A stretch of DNA of 53,378 nt, counting the filler, from Bipalium vagum (lineage: Eukaryota), in assembly GCA_037834085.1 (NCBI GenBank). It is 3 parts of 3 records of this genome, joined end to end, with 100 filler letters (N's around TTAATTAATTAA, not from the genome) between each part and the next. Parts side by side here need not be neighbours in the genome. Positions count along the whole stretch, not along the records: positions 17,757 to 35,229 come from JBBMKC010064024.1; positions 35,330 to 53,378 come from JBBMKC010042796.1; 1 more part is not named here. The stretch is one strand, 5' to 3'. The translations under genes and the position numbers were made by a program. Under the pieces are notes generated by a model that saw only the letters and a program-made list of their open reading frames with translations, did no database searches and had not been told where the DNA came from. This document shows positions 24,795 through 36,214 of the stretch, in pieces (positions within the stretch are counted from its first letter, which is position 1; each line of letters begins with the position of its first letter).

Positions 24795-25338
24795 CAGATT
24801 TTGTTATTGCATTAAATATTTAATTAGAATGAAAATGTTTAAAAATTAACACAAATAATTTGCCAAAGCATTGTATAAAAACAAAAGTTGAAATAAAATA
24901 TTAGGTTAAATGATATTTTGCATAAAATTATCATAACGAAAGGCTTACTTATTATATTGAATGTTATTTTGATACAACCTATTTATAAATATTAATTGAA
25001 TATATTTGAAAGGAATTCAAAAGCATACTTTTCAAAAATCTAATAAGGAATTCCGTTGAAATAATTGATTTCAAACTCTATTTTATATTTCTCTTATGTT
25101 TTCATACTAATTTATTTCATAAATTTGTTTATTGTTGACATGTAAAGCTTCAAGCCTATTATTTTTAGTGAAAATTTTGCGGTTTGAATATCTAATCCAT
25201 AAAACTGAACTGGAACTGGAAGTCAAATATTTTTTTTTGGTTGTTAGCATCTGAAAAAGAAAGTTTATCATTTTAAAAGAATTACTTTAATTTTACAATT
25301 TTATAACATTGTTTTAATATTGTTTTAGATATACATTA

Positions 25339-26334
25339 ATGAAGCAAAGTAGTATTTCAAATTTTATTATAAAAGTAATTCAGAAATTTTTTTATATTAT
25401 TCTTAAAATGAAAGTTTGTCTTAACTAGATTGACCATAAAGAAATTGAAAAACAAAAAAAACTACTACATGAAACTGTAAAACCCTTATCCAGAAAATCT
25501 ATTAATTTTATTAGAAAAAGGAAACATTGTAAATTTTTAGATGGTCGCAACTATTCTTCAGATCAAGTTGTATTGAAGAAAGCGAATTTAAAAGAAAATA
25601 ATGAAAGTGCCATAAATAAATTACGGAAAGAAGTCTTGAAAACAAATTCAATCAATAATGTTACATCAGAAGGATGTTTTACTCCATGGTATGATCAGGA
25701 CGTCAACATCATCAATAAATTGTCAAATGAACAAATAATTATTGAAAGTAATATAAATCACCAGACATGTGAAGATAGGTCAATGGATAGAATCATTTAC
25801 CGGTACATAGTATTGGAAATTAAATTACTAAAAGATAATAAAATACTAGTTTTATCTGAGGAAAATAAACAAACAAACTGTTTAACACTTGAATTGAATG
25901 GCTTATGGAAAATGGTGAATGTCAAACAGAAGGATATTTGTCAAATAATTGATCCCATTAAATTTGACATGATCTGGAAAGTGTCAAATAATCAAGGATT
26001 TATCGTTATCAATCCAGATTTGCTTATTAAAAGTAACGTAGACAACTCGTATTGTCAACGGAAGGCAGTGTTGAAGAACTTTTTCCTCGATGTCGGAGTG
26101 ACAAAGGACAAAGATATGGTAATGGGATCCTTTGTCGGCTCTTTTTTCCTCGAATGTTCCAAGTCAAACAATCTCAATATTAATATTATGAGAAAATATA
26201 TTGGAAAACTGACACAAGACAAGTCGCGCTGGTCATCGATTTACGATAAAAAGCTGCCTTGTGACGAAATTTGCGAAGATTTAGAGCTCCTACTTCCGAA
26301 AATTGCTCAATATGTTATCTATAATATTATTTAG
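25339..26334 (+). CDS. DNA2 nuclease/helicase-like gene, N-terminal part only. Exons 25339-25374, 25429-26313 (or read-through to stop at 26334, 313 aa)
   Basis: ATG exon and 54-nt intron in phase with a ~300-codon ORF. Matches the Dna2 N-terminal domain: LELNGLW..VKQKDICQII, VSNNQGFIVINPDLLI, YCQRKAVL, MVMGSFV. No nuclease-core or helicase exons found downstream. Confidence 0.7.
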
Positions 26335-26378
26335 TAGTTTTTTGTTTAATTTTCCTTAAATTATTGATTGATTAATAT

Positions 26379-26640
26379 TGTTTAACACTCTCATCTATTT
26401 GAACTACGAACTCTAATTATCAGTTCAGCTCGAACCACTGAGCTTAATAGTTAATTAGTTTTATTTCATGACTCTCCCTTCATCTCTTGTCATTTCCTTT
26501 TCCTTCGGCTCAACCTTTTCATTAGTTCATCTGGAGGTTAAATTTTATCCATTAGCTGTTATTTATCAGCTCAAGTCACATGCCATGACTGAATTAAATA
26601 ATGATTTTACTTTCAACTATCTCTTCAATCACATCACTGA
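26379..26640 (-). repeat. Possible short solo LTR
   Basis: On the minus strand: TATA-like motif, purine-rich tract, AATAAA and an ..AACA end. Single copy in the window, so layout only. Confidence 0.3.
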
Positions 26641-27879
26641 AAAATTCATAATCCAAGCAATGATGAAAATGAGAAAAATAATTTTTTATTATTAATATGG
26701 TTAGTTGTAAGTTTCCAAAACTTTTACTATAGTTAATTATATAATTATCATTACTATGTATAACTATTTATTATGATTATTATTCTAATTAAATAATAGT
26801 AAAATTATTAACAATAAAATGGTTCCATAAGCATAAATGGCGCATAATAGTAATTCAAAATGAAAATGGTAACATTTATTGGTCACTACATGTACTAAAA
26901 TCTATTGAGAAAACTAATTTTGACCAGGGAAAAAATATTCCATTTGATCTCTTATAATTATGAATTTGCCAATCAGAATGCCGAAGTGTGCATGCAACGG
27001 TCGCAGAATGCATTTGCTGCCTTTAATGTGGAAACAATAGGCAATTAGGAAGGAAATCCATTTTTGTTTCCTCTCACCACAATTTACATTTTTTATTGGG
27101 TAAATCTCAATATTTTCAAAAGTTTTTCTCTTCCTGCTTTATTGTGTTGCCTTAATAGTACTGAGAATCAATTAAGGAAAACTCCATTTTATTCTCTTGT
27201 CGCAGACATCGCTGCAAACGATGCTCGACACATTCCACTGTACCAGACAAACAATCACAATCGAATTCAAAACACGGCATCCGAACAGTGTCGAATGAAT
27301 TTATTGTTTTCTTCTGTTCTCACTTCCATCACATAGAAATACTGTATTGTCTAAACAATAAACAGCAAAGATGAAACCAACTGACATACGCGACAATCAA
27401 ATGTTATCTTTGCTAATTCCAACAATATTTCTAACAATACTATTTTTATACCTTTTTCATTTATGGATGTATATTGTGAGTACAATTTTTTAAAATCTAT
27501 TAGTCATATTTTTATAATCGATGCATAATCAAAATGCTTTTATAATCTATTTTATTTGGATAAAAAATTCTTATTTAAATTATCTTAAAATTTTTTAATT
27601 AAATATTCTTATATTATTTAGTCATTCAGTAAATTTTGAATTTATTTAAAATTCAATTTTTTTAACACAGCAAGTTTAAAATTTATTAATTAATTATTAA
27701 AGTTTAAGTACAAATTAATTTACAAGTACATTAGATTAATAATAATACACGATATATTTGAAAAAACAATGATTATGACAATGTCGAACGATCTGTTGTC
27801 TTTCGAGGTCTTTAAAGGAAACATGAGTTCTGATCAATTTTTTTAAAATACAAAATGAATTTATTTTAAAAACACATCA

Positions 27880-29645
27880 CAATTATATTATACATGTTTC
27901 TCATCGTTAGCTATAACATTGATCTATATTTCTGGTAACTTGTGAATGCCATTGTAAAAAAATTTTTCTTTAGACAAAATCCATTCATCGAGTCAAAATA
28001 TGATTTCATCATTTTTGCGAAAGTACCATTCCGACAGTTCATGTGCCATCAATCTGAATAAATGTGTTAAGTTTTTGATAATTGAATAAAATTAATGTTA
28101 ATTAAAACAACAAAAACTTAACGTAGCTCGTACAATTTTTTGTTATCAGAAGGGTTTAGAGTTAACATTCGTGTTCGATTTTAAAAATGAAATTTGGTTA
28201 TTTTTAATCGACAGAGTAATAATATTCAAACGACTATGCAAATAATAAAGAATCGAAATATTCAATTGATTTGATAACACTTCAAAAGGTTTAAATAAAT
28301 AATCAAAACAAATGTTTAGATTTTTAAAATTTTATTTTTTGTGTCCTTGTTGAACAAATAAACAAAAATACAACTGTTTTAATTTAATTGGTAAATCCTG
28401 GAGAATTGAGTTTGAGAAAATTTAGTTCGCTTTTCGCTGTCAGACTCAAGAGCCCTCGAATAGAACAAGCGCCTCTCCGCCCTACTAGACGTAGAGAAGG
28501 CAAATAAAAAAGAAAATACAGGGAAAAACAACAAAAGTTTTGATATTGATATTGACAGAATACTTGGGGATCTACCCAATTATTCTATCCGACTTAATTT
28601 AAGAATTTAGGCGTTAGTTAATAATCAAAATATGCAATTAAAAAAAATCAAATTGCTATTTCTGATTTAAATAAATAAAAATTAATTACTTTTAATGTAC
28701 TGATTTGTTGGATACCGGAATAAAAAGATATTCTGGTGTAGAGCCTTAGTATTTCTTCTATAGATACCGAAGGAAATATTTAATATATATGTTTCTTCTG
28801 TTAGCAATAAGAATAATTTTGTACTCGTTTCTTTTTATCTCGTTTTTCTTTTTTTCTTTTCATAATTGCCTTGGCTTTTTATATTCACTGAAACTGAAAC
28901 TTGATTCGGATTTGACAGCTAAAAATTAATGAGTTGACAGAATTTTTTGTGGTAATGATAGGCTCAAATATCGATTTGACAACTGTTTCTTCTTCAACGA
29001 AATATGATCTTGAAAAAGTAATTTCTCTTTAGTGTAAAAAATTTTCTTGTTTTTTTTATTTAAAAGTTTTTAATTTATAGTAATATTTTTTATATATTTT
29101 TATTTATAGGAACATAAGTTTACTATGTTTATTTTTTTGTATAATTCTTTTCCTATTTATTTCATTAATTTTGTTAATATTTTTATTTTTAGTAATTATT
29201 TTTATCATTTTTTCTAAATTTATAATTATTTTAATTTATTTATTATTTCTATGAATATTAATTATATTTCATTAATATTTAGATTAATTTTCTTACCAGG
29301 ATTTAGCAATCAAATTATTTACACATAAAATTTATACATAATAAAAGTGCAACATGCATGTATGAGATTTATAAAAAATAATAATAAATAACTTTCATAT
29401 CTCTTGTTCCATTCTGGTCGTTTCTGCTTTAATGTCATGTTCATTTGAATCAATTGTTAATAATTATTGGCGTTGATAGTTTTATTATTGTTTAATAACT
29501 CATTGAAGACGATACCTTTCTTGTTCCACCAGATACACAACAAACCCTTCTTCAAATGAATATTTTGCTGGCAGTCGAAGTTGATGGTTGGCCTGTATCA
29601 GCACATGATTTCCATGATCAATCCATTTTTCATGGGTTGTAACAG
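27880..29645 (-). mobile_element. Mariner remnant split by an LTR-like insertion (parts 29645-29380 and 28064-27880)
   Basis: THEKWI..GQPSTSTA..IHLKKGLLCIWWNKKGIVFNELL..LKQKRPEWNKR lies on one side. HLFRLMAHELSE..LDEWILSKEKFFYNGIHKLPE resumes exactly at 28064. Confidence 0.8.
28065..29370 (-). mobile_element. Solo-LTR-like repeat (copy B, 5'-truncated), homologous to 12003-13521
   Basis: Block-wise inverted alignment to copy A with the same terminal AAACTTAACA, which abuts mariner coding sequence. Confidence 0.7.
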
Positions 29646-30215
29646 TATTGTTGGCGCAAACCTACCCCTTAGCGTAACTGGTCTTAATAAGGTTGCTATG
29701 GGCTTAACTGTTGAGCTCGCACCTCATCCTTTCAAAAGAAACAAAAAAAATTTATTTAATGAGGGTGAGACCATTGTTAATAAACCGTCAAATAAACAAA
29801 GAAACTGCGACACGCAGTCTCCTCAAACAAACTGCAACAATCGGCAGTCACACTAAAACACCGAACTGCTCAGGCAGTCCACAATCACCAGTCCTTAATT
29901 TAAAAAGCTGTGCCAGGGAAAACCCTGGTCAGCAAGATAAAATTACCGAAATAAATCATACTTTTTATCTGGCAATTTTCTGGTAGAAAAATAATGAATT
30001 TTTGCTGGCTTATATACTATTTTACTGTTCATTTTAGCGTCTCTGATTGACCAGTTAAGATGTCAATCATGACCTACCTTCTATATTTAATTATTACTAA
30101 AAATAAAAAAAATTTCTAAAAATTGAAAATTATATTATAAATTCATGCTACTGACTAAAAATAAAAAAAAATCATACTGACTAAAAACTAAAGTTTTTTT
30201 GGGATTGCGTATTAT

Positions 30216-31000
30216 TGTTACTATTTTCCTTAAACTGAAATATGTAACTTTCACTCGAAATTGATAAATCATCACTTTTCAGAGTTGTGTTCGTTTTACT
30301 ATTATAGATACACAAATTTAAACTCCACTTGAATCAAAAATCCCACGATAAAATTTTATTCGCACCCAAATTGAATCAAAACAGTAAAAATTTTATTACA
30401 ATTCAATAGTTATAATAATCATGAACAAAATCCCGATGAAACGTTTAATAAACCAAAGAATTAAACACCTGAAAAGTCACTGTAACAAAATCGATCAAAT
30501 GTCTACACAAATTAATACAAGAAAAACGTTAAGTTAAACACAATAGAATAATGTATAATTAAAAGTTCAATACCAAAATAATAAAAGTTAAATGAACTTT
30601 AAGCGAGGATTAAAACTGGTTTCTAATTTTTAAATTGTGCGTAATTTAAATTCTTAATTAATTTAATTTTAATATTTATTTTAAAATAACTTTTATTGAA
30701 ATGCATTTTGATATTTAATGGCACGATATATTAATTTATTAAAAATGGAAAATTTGTTAAGTATAATTGTTTTGAAAAGGCATTCAAAAAATACATATTT
30801 AAAACTATGACTGATTTTGTTGATATCGCAGCTAAAATGCAATATAAACTGTGAAATTAAAATTGAAGAAATATCACCAAAAAACAAAAAAATCGACAAT
30901 ATTCTCACCCGAAGCAATAATAAGTCCCCAAGTAGTCCTCTAGATCCTTTAAAGATCATCTAGATATTCCCAAGCTCTCTGAGTCCAATGTGAAATCCTG
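30216..31000 (-). repeat. LTR-like repeat homologous to 18080-18413, with extra internal sequence
   Basis: Shared TTTTTGATTCAA, AATAGTAAA(A)CGAACACA, CGAGYGAAAGTTAC, terminal ATAGTAACA, and a GC-richer GGGGAC block. Confidence 0.65.
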
Positions 31001-32460
31001 TTGCATATTTGACAAATCAAAAATCATAATTCTTCGGTGCACAAAAGTAAGAAAGTACAAGAATAAATGAAAAAAATCAGGTAAATCAATATTGGAATGG
31101 CCGGTAAAAACTCCAAATGTGATTTTGTTAAGACGTTACTTATTTACAGTATTAGAGAAGCATGGTGATCTGTATAATCGTTAGATTTATCTTATTAATA
31201 AATGTGTCAAAAAATAGTCTTTCTTTGTCCTGTTTTAGTAAAATTAAGTCTATTGTAAGAAAATATTGGAAACCCATTTTTATATTCTAATATTCATTAC
31301 TTTTTACTTTTTTTTAAATTATTTTTTGAACATAAGTTATAATAGATTTTTTTAAATCACAAGTGTGTCAGAAAACTTGACCACCAGTATAATACTATTT
31401 CGCTAAAGGAAATACTTATTACTTCTTTTAGATTTTTGGTAAGGACGACAATCAATATATTATCTTGGGAATACAAAGCAAAGAACGCCCACGTCAACCA
31501 AAAAAATAAAGATGCAGAATTAGAATACCTATTAATTCAGGAAAGGCACAAACCGTAAAAAATTGGGATTGATAATAATAATTAGGATTAATTAAAAATT
31601 TTTTTTAATTATTAAAAGTAATATATTAAAATATCGTGGGTGAGATTTTGATATATTTGATTAACTGAATTTTAAATAAAGAAATGTATCCCGTTGTCGG
31701 CATAATAAATTTTTTTACCAACTTTATCTCTTCGTTGAGATAAAGTTTATATTAATGGGCTATTGAAGAATTGAAGAAAATAGCCGCCTCAAAGTGAAGA
31801 GATTGCTGATCGTCGAACAATCTCTACGACTATATAGAGACGGCTATTCCCAGAAAACGCCCCAAAAACATTGAGAGAAATATGTGAATTCATTTTTGAT
31901 TGTCAAAAATATTTCTCACACACATAAATGATAATAATTAAAATAATCAAAGAAATATTGTTCAATGTTTTAATACAGCGCTGTTATTTTCACTGAATAT
32001 TCGCATTTTACTGGAAACAATTAAGACAAAGCTGGGAATTTCCACAGTAACATGATGGTCTAGTTTGTTGTTCTACATTACTGCTAAAGTAATAAGAAAC
32101 TAATGAAAACATTGAGAAATTTAAATTTATAAAAATTGGTCTATTAATTAATAAAGGATTTAAAACAGTTTTAAAAAATAAATGTGCTAACACCAATAAA
32201 ATTTAATACAATATTCTGACCCTAATTTAATAACGAATTACAAAAAGGTATTCATAAAAATGCACAAATATTTTTAAAATGCAATATTATCCATACAATC
32301 TTAATAAACATGGTTACAATTCTCAATTTTAAACTTGCAATTATCATTTCTATTTTTGAATGTTTAAAATAAACAAATATAACCAAAAATATAACTACTC
32401 TACGGAAATCTTTCCTAATTATTATTATAAATTTATCAAAAAACAATTTGCAAATATTTA

Positions 32461-33060
32461 CAGGGTTTAAAACCTCATTTAAAAATTTTGTAATCTCAAT
32501 TCAAAAACATATTTTCTCAGCTACATTGTTTAATTACAATAATTAGACTAATTTATTATTTATAGCCGAATTAATAGCAAAAGATTTAATTCGAGAGCAT
32601 GGATCTGTGGTAATCATAATTGACAATGTTCCATTCCACAAATCGACAGTCATACGTGAAATGGTAGAAGAAGGGAATTATAGGGTATTGTTTTTGCCTC
32701 CTTATTCTCCGTTTCTAAATCATATTGAGAACTTATTCTCAAAATGGAAACAAAGCATCAGACAAGCTCGTCCTGAAAATTGAAAAAGATTTATTTGGAT
32801 TGATCGACAACATAGGAAATTTAATAGGCACTGATGATTGTAATTTTTATTACAGACACATTTAAATTCCTAACAAAATTTATTAATAAGGAGCCCATCT
32901 ATGATGAATAAATGTTTATATGCAAATATATGTAATACATTTTCTTATTTTTATTTTTTGAAATTTATTTATTTTTGAAATTGATTTACAAAAATTTGAA
33001 ATGAAGTTACAAATATTTGAAATCAGGTTATAATAATTTGAAATGAGGTGTTAAACCCTG
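32461..33060 (+). mobile_element. 600-bp non-autonomous Tc1/IS630 (DD34E) deletion derivative
   Basis: TA on both flanks; TIRs CAGGGTTTAAMACCTCATTT. Retains IIDNVPFH...LPPYSPFLNHIENLFSKWK with 34 residues between D and E. Confidence 0.9.
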
Positions 33061-35229
33061 TATATCAAAATTTTCTTCCGTTCATTATTTTAATTAGGTT
33101 TTAAGTAATGATTTCATCGAAACTAAATGGTTGACCTTTATAATTTTCTCATAGTGCCATAGGAAGAAGAATTTCTATGTAAAATCAATCTAATAGGTGT
33201 TGTAAGCAGAAACATTTATGTAATACAAAAATGAATGTACCTCAAATCGGTTTCTCTCCTAAATTGCGACTTTATTGAGCTAAATAAAGAGTTAAGAGAT
33301 ATTTAAATGTAATAAAAAGATTTATTACAGTTTATTAATCTTCAACTTAGTTCATTATTGGTATTTACAAATTATAACGATTTGTGCTTTTACAGTGCTC
33401 GGTTAATCAATATCTTTTTGACAGAGTCATAAAATGAGTACATGATGGTATTATGAACTAGTTATGACTACACAGACAATTGACATGTTTTGATTTCAAA
33501 GTACAGTAGAATTTGCCTATTAGTAATTCGTTTTATAACAAACCTCATTTAATAGTGAGCTGCTACGAAGTACCGATAAGATAACCGTTTATTAAAAATA
33601 CTCGAGTTTACTAATAGTAAGATCGGTTTCGAGGAGTTCTTCATCACCAAATATAAAATTACTTATCTTATTAGCAAGATTGAGTAGGCGCGTCCATTCA
33701 GTAGTCTGCACGACATACACAAGCATTTTAAATTCTTTCATCTAAACATGAGCGGGTGAATCTTTAGTATGCAATTTTTTGTATCAAACTGTGTCTATTA
33801 CACTCTTAAATGGATTAATTAATTCTTAACTTTTTAATCATTATGCATCATCATCACGGCATGCTGCTAAACATCCACGAAATTATCTCAAACTTCAGTA
33901 GAAGTATCACATGGTGAAGCTCCTGCAAAAGTGGATGGAACCAAAGGAAGTGGAAAATAAATTTAACGAGAATGAATGGACTTTATTCACCATGAAGAAG
34001 CCACAGATTATGATACAGTTGTTTTCAATTTGTGAGCTAGTTCAATATTTAAGGAACACTTATCAACTCCAATCATACATTTTTTAAGCAGTAAAATAAA
34101 TTTTGTAACATGACTAGGATACCTTAAAGCTGCATTTCTTATGTGCTGTAGTACACCATGAAACATGCGTTGTGAACAATATGTACCTTTGGAAATCAAT
34201 TAAATTTATTAAATATCAATAGAAAGACAATAAATTGATACTTTAAAAAAGTAAATCCGCCTATTAGTAAGTTTTGCCATGTTCCGACTTAAAAATATGC
34301 AAATACTACTGTAACTATATCCAATAAAATTAATTTATTTTATTTTTAAAATTGTTTTTGTTTTTTTCATTCTTTAGTTACCACAACTTTTTTTTATTAT
34401 CATACGAACTGATGATGACTTTCTCCATAAAATTGATATATAAATAATGTAAGTTGATGTTAGCAAACACGGTTATTGATAAAACCAATAGTGATTTAAA
34501 AAGATTTATAATGAAAAGAATTGCGGTTTTGATGTATGAAGAATTGTAATGCATATTGAGACATATATGAGAAACCTGTCACTTTGAAGTTTTGTAGTCT
34601 GTTATATACCTATGGCACATGAAACTGAAAAACAACAGTAACTATCGTATTTTCTATACGAGATCAATTCAGACAATATTAAATAGATCAATATAACCAT
34701 TAGTTGACCAGATTTTTATTCATAATTTGTTACATAAATAATTATACCTTTAAAGTAATAAACGTTAATGAGTTATATCTATAACTTTTTAGGGAATTGC
34801 ACCCAGGATAAAGATTAAAATAATGAAGTTATATTTTAATTATTCAAAGCATTCATCAAAAAATTTGATTCAAAGTTTTATTATTTAACCATACTTCAAT
34901 AAAATCAGTAAATATTGAAGTAATGAATTGGTTCAATGAGTTTTAAAAACCCTTAAATCTTAAATTATATACACAATTGACCGACACTTATAAAAATTGA
35001 TTTTTTTGATATCATACCAGGCATCAAACATAATTAAATAATAATTTAATTTATTTCTTTTATTTGAAAGTAAAAAAAATATATATATAATTAAAAGTAA
35101 GAAATTTTTAATGTTTATTTAACACAAAATTTACAGATTTCATATTCACATAGGGTAAAATTCTATTACGTGGCTCCAAAAATTGTAAATATTTGAGAGC
35201 GTTCACCAAATACTTCTCTCCACAAAAAT

Positions 35230-35329
35230 NNNNNNNNNNNNNNNNNNNNNNNNNNNNNNNNNNNNNNNNNNNNTTAATTAATTAANNNNNNNNNNNNNNN
35301 NNNNNNNNNNNNNNNNNNNNNNNNNNNNN
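35230..35329. other. Assembly spacer N44-TTAATTAATTAA-N44
   Basis: Same artificial 100-bp construct as at 17657-17756. Confidence 0.95.
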
Positions 35330-35620
35330 TAACGCTCCATCGTGGTACTGCATCATTATTGGTTCTCGATCCTTACTAGGTACTACGTAACATGGGTCTT
35401 GATTTTACTAAAATATAATATGCCTTTCTTTATTTTAAATTTGTCCTTTAAATTCTCCCAATTCTTTTCCCAATCCTTTGGAATATTTCCTTCCATGCAC
35501 TTCTTTATTAGTTCTATTTCCTCGTCTGTCTTCTGATCGTTCTCTCTTGAGTCCACCATATTCACACCTCTGATTGTTGCTAACACCGTTTCATCTTCTT
35601 CGCCGAACATCGTTGGTAGA
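35330..35620 (-). mobile_element. Gypsy pol fragment (region leading into the integrase zinc-binding domain)
   Basis: DQKTDEEIELIK..FKIKKGILY..LV then MMQYHDGAL, truncated by the gap. Confidence 0.6.
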
Positions 35621-36214
35621 AGAACGTTAAACTCAAGGGAGATTATGTTGACAAATAATGTGATTTTTATTAAAATAAATTTTCTTTTTTATTTCACTAA
35701 CTTTTCAAACCTGGTAGATGTATTTTTCAAGCCCGTATAATCACAACATATGATCATATTGAAAAGTAATTTCGAACAATGGGAGATCTAATGAATTCTA
35801 CGTTAGAAGAGAGAAAAATTAAAGATAAGTCTCAAATTATTAAAGAAATCGAGTTTCCTATAAACTCCATTTGGCAAAATCTATAATTTGACATATTATG
35901 TTGAAATTTAAATTAAGATAGTACTGAAAAATTTGTACTTACACTGTTTTATAGGTGTGTTTCATAACTTCACACAACTTATATAATTATTTCTAAAAAT
36001 ATCTTTATTTTCCTTAAAATAAAAAATAAGAACTTAAACATTCTAAATCTTATTAACTTAATTTCGCTGAAAATAAATAATATTTTTATATTTAAAAACA
36101 TTTCAAATTTTCTAATAAAGTAGCTAATAATTTGAAATAAGGTCAAAATTATTTTACTGAATAAACTATATTTAGTTTGAATTATGTTAACTTTTGAAAA
36201 TTTTTCATTTTATT

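Noticed and set aside
27973-28090. Plus-strand AG-flanked open frame as the next DNA2 exon
   Set aside because: The minus strand is clearly a mariner C-terminus (HLFRLMAH..GIHKLPE), and the plus peptide has no DNA2 motif.
33100-34700. Coding-like patches, including ORF 34008-34199
   Set aside because: All frames are broken and I could not assign a family; probably old TE debris, left uncalled.
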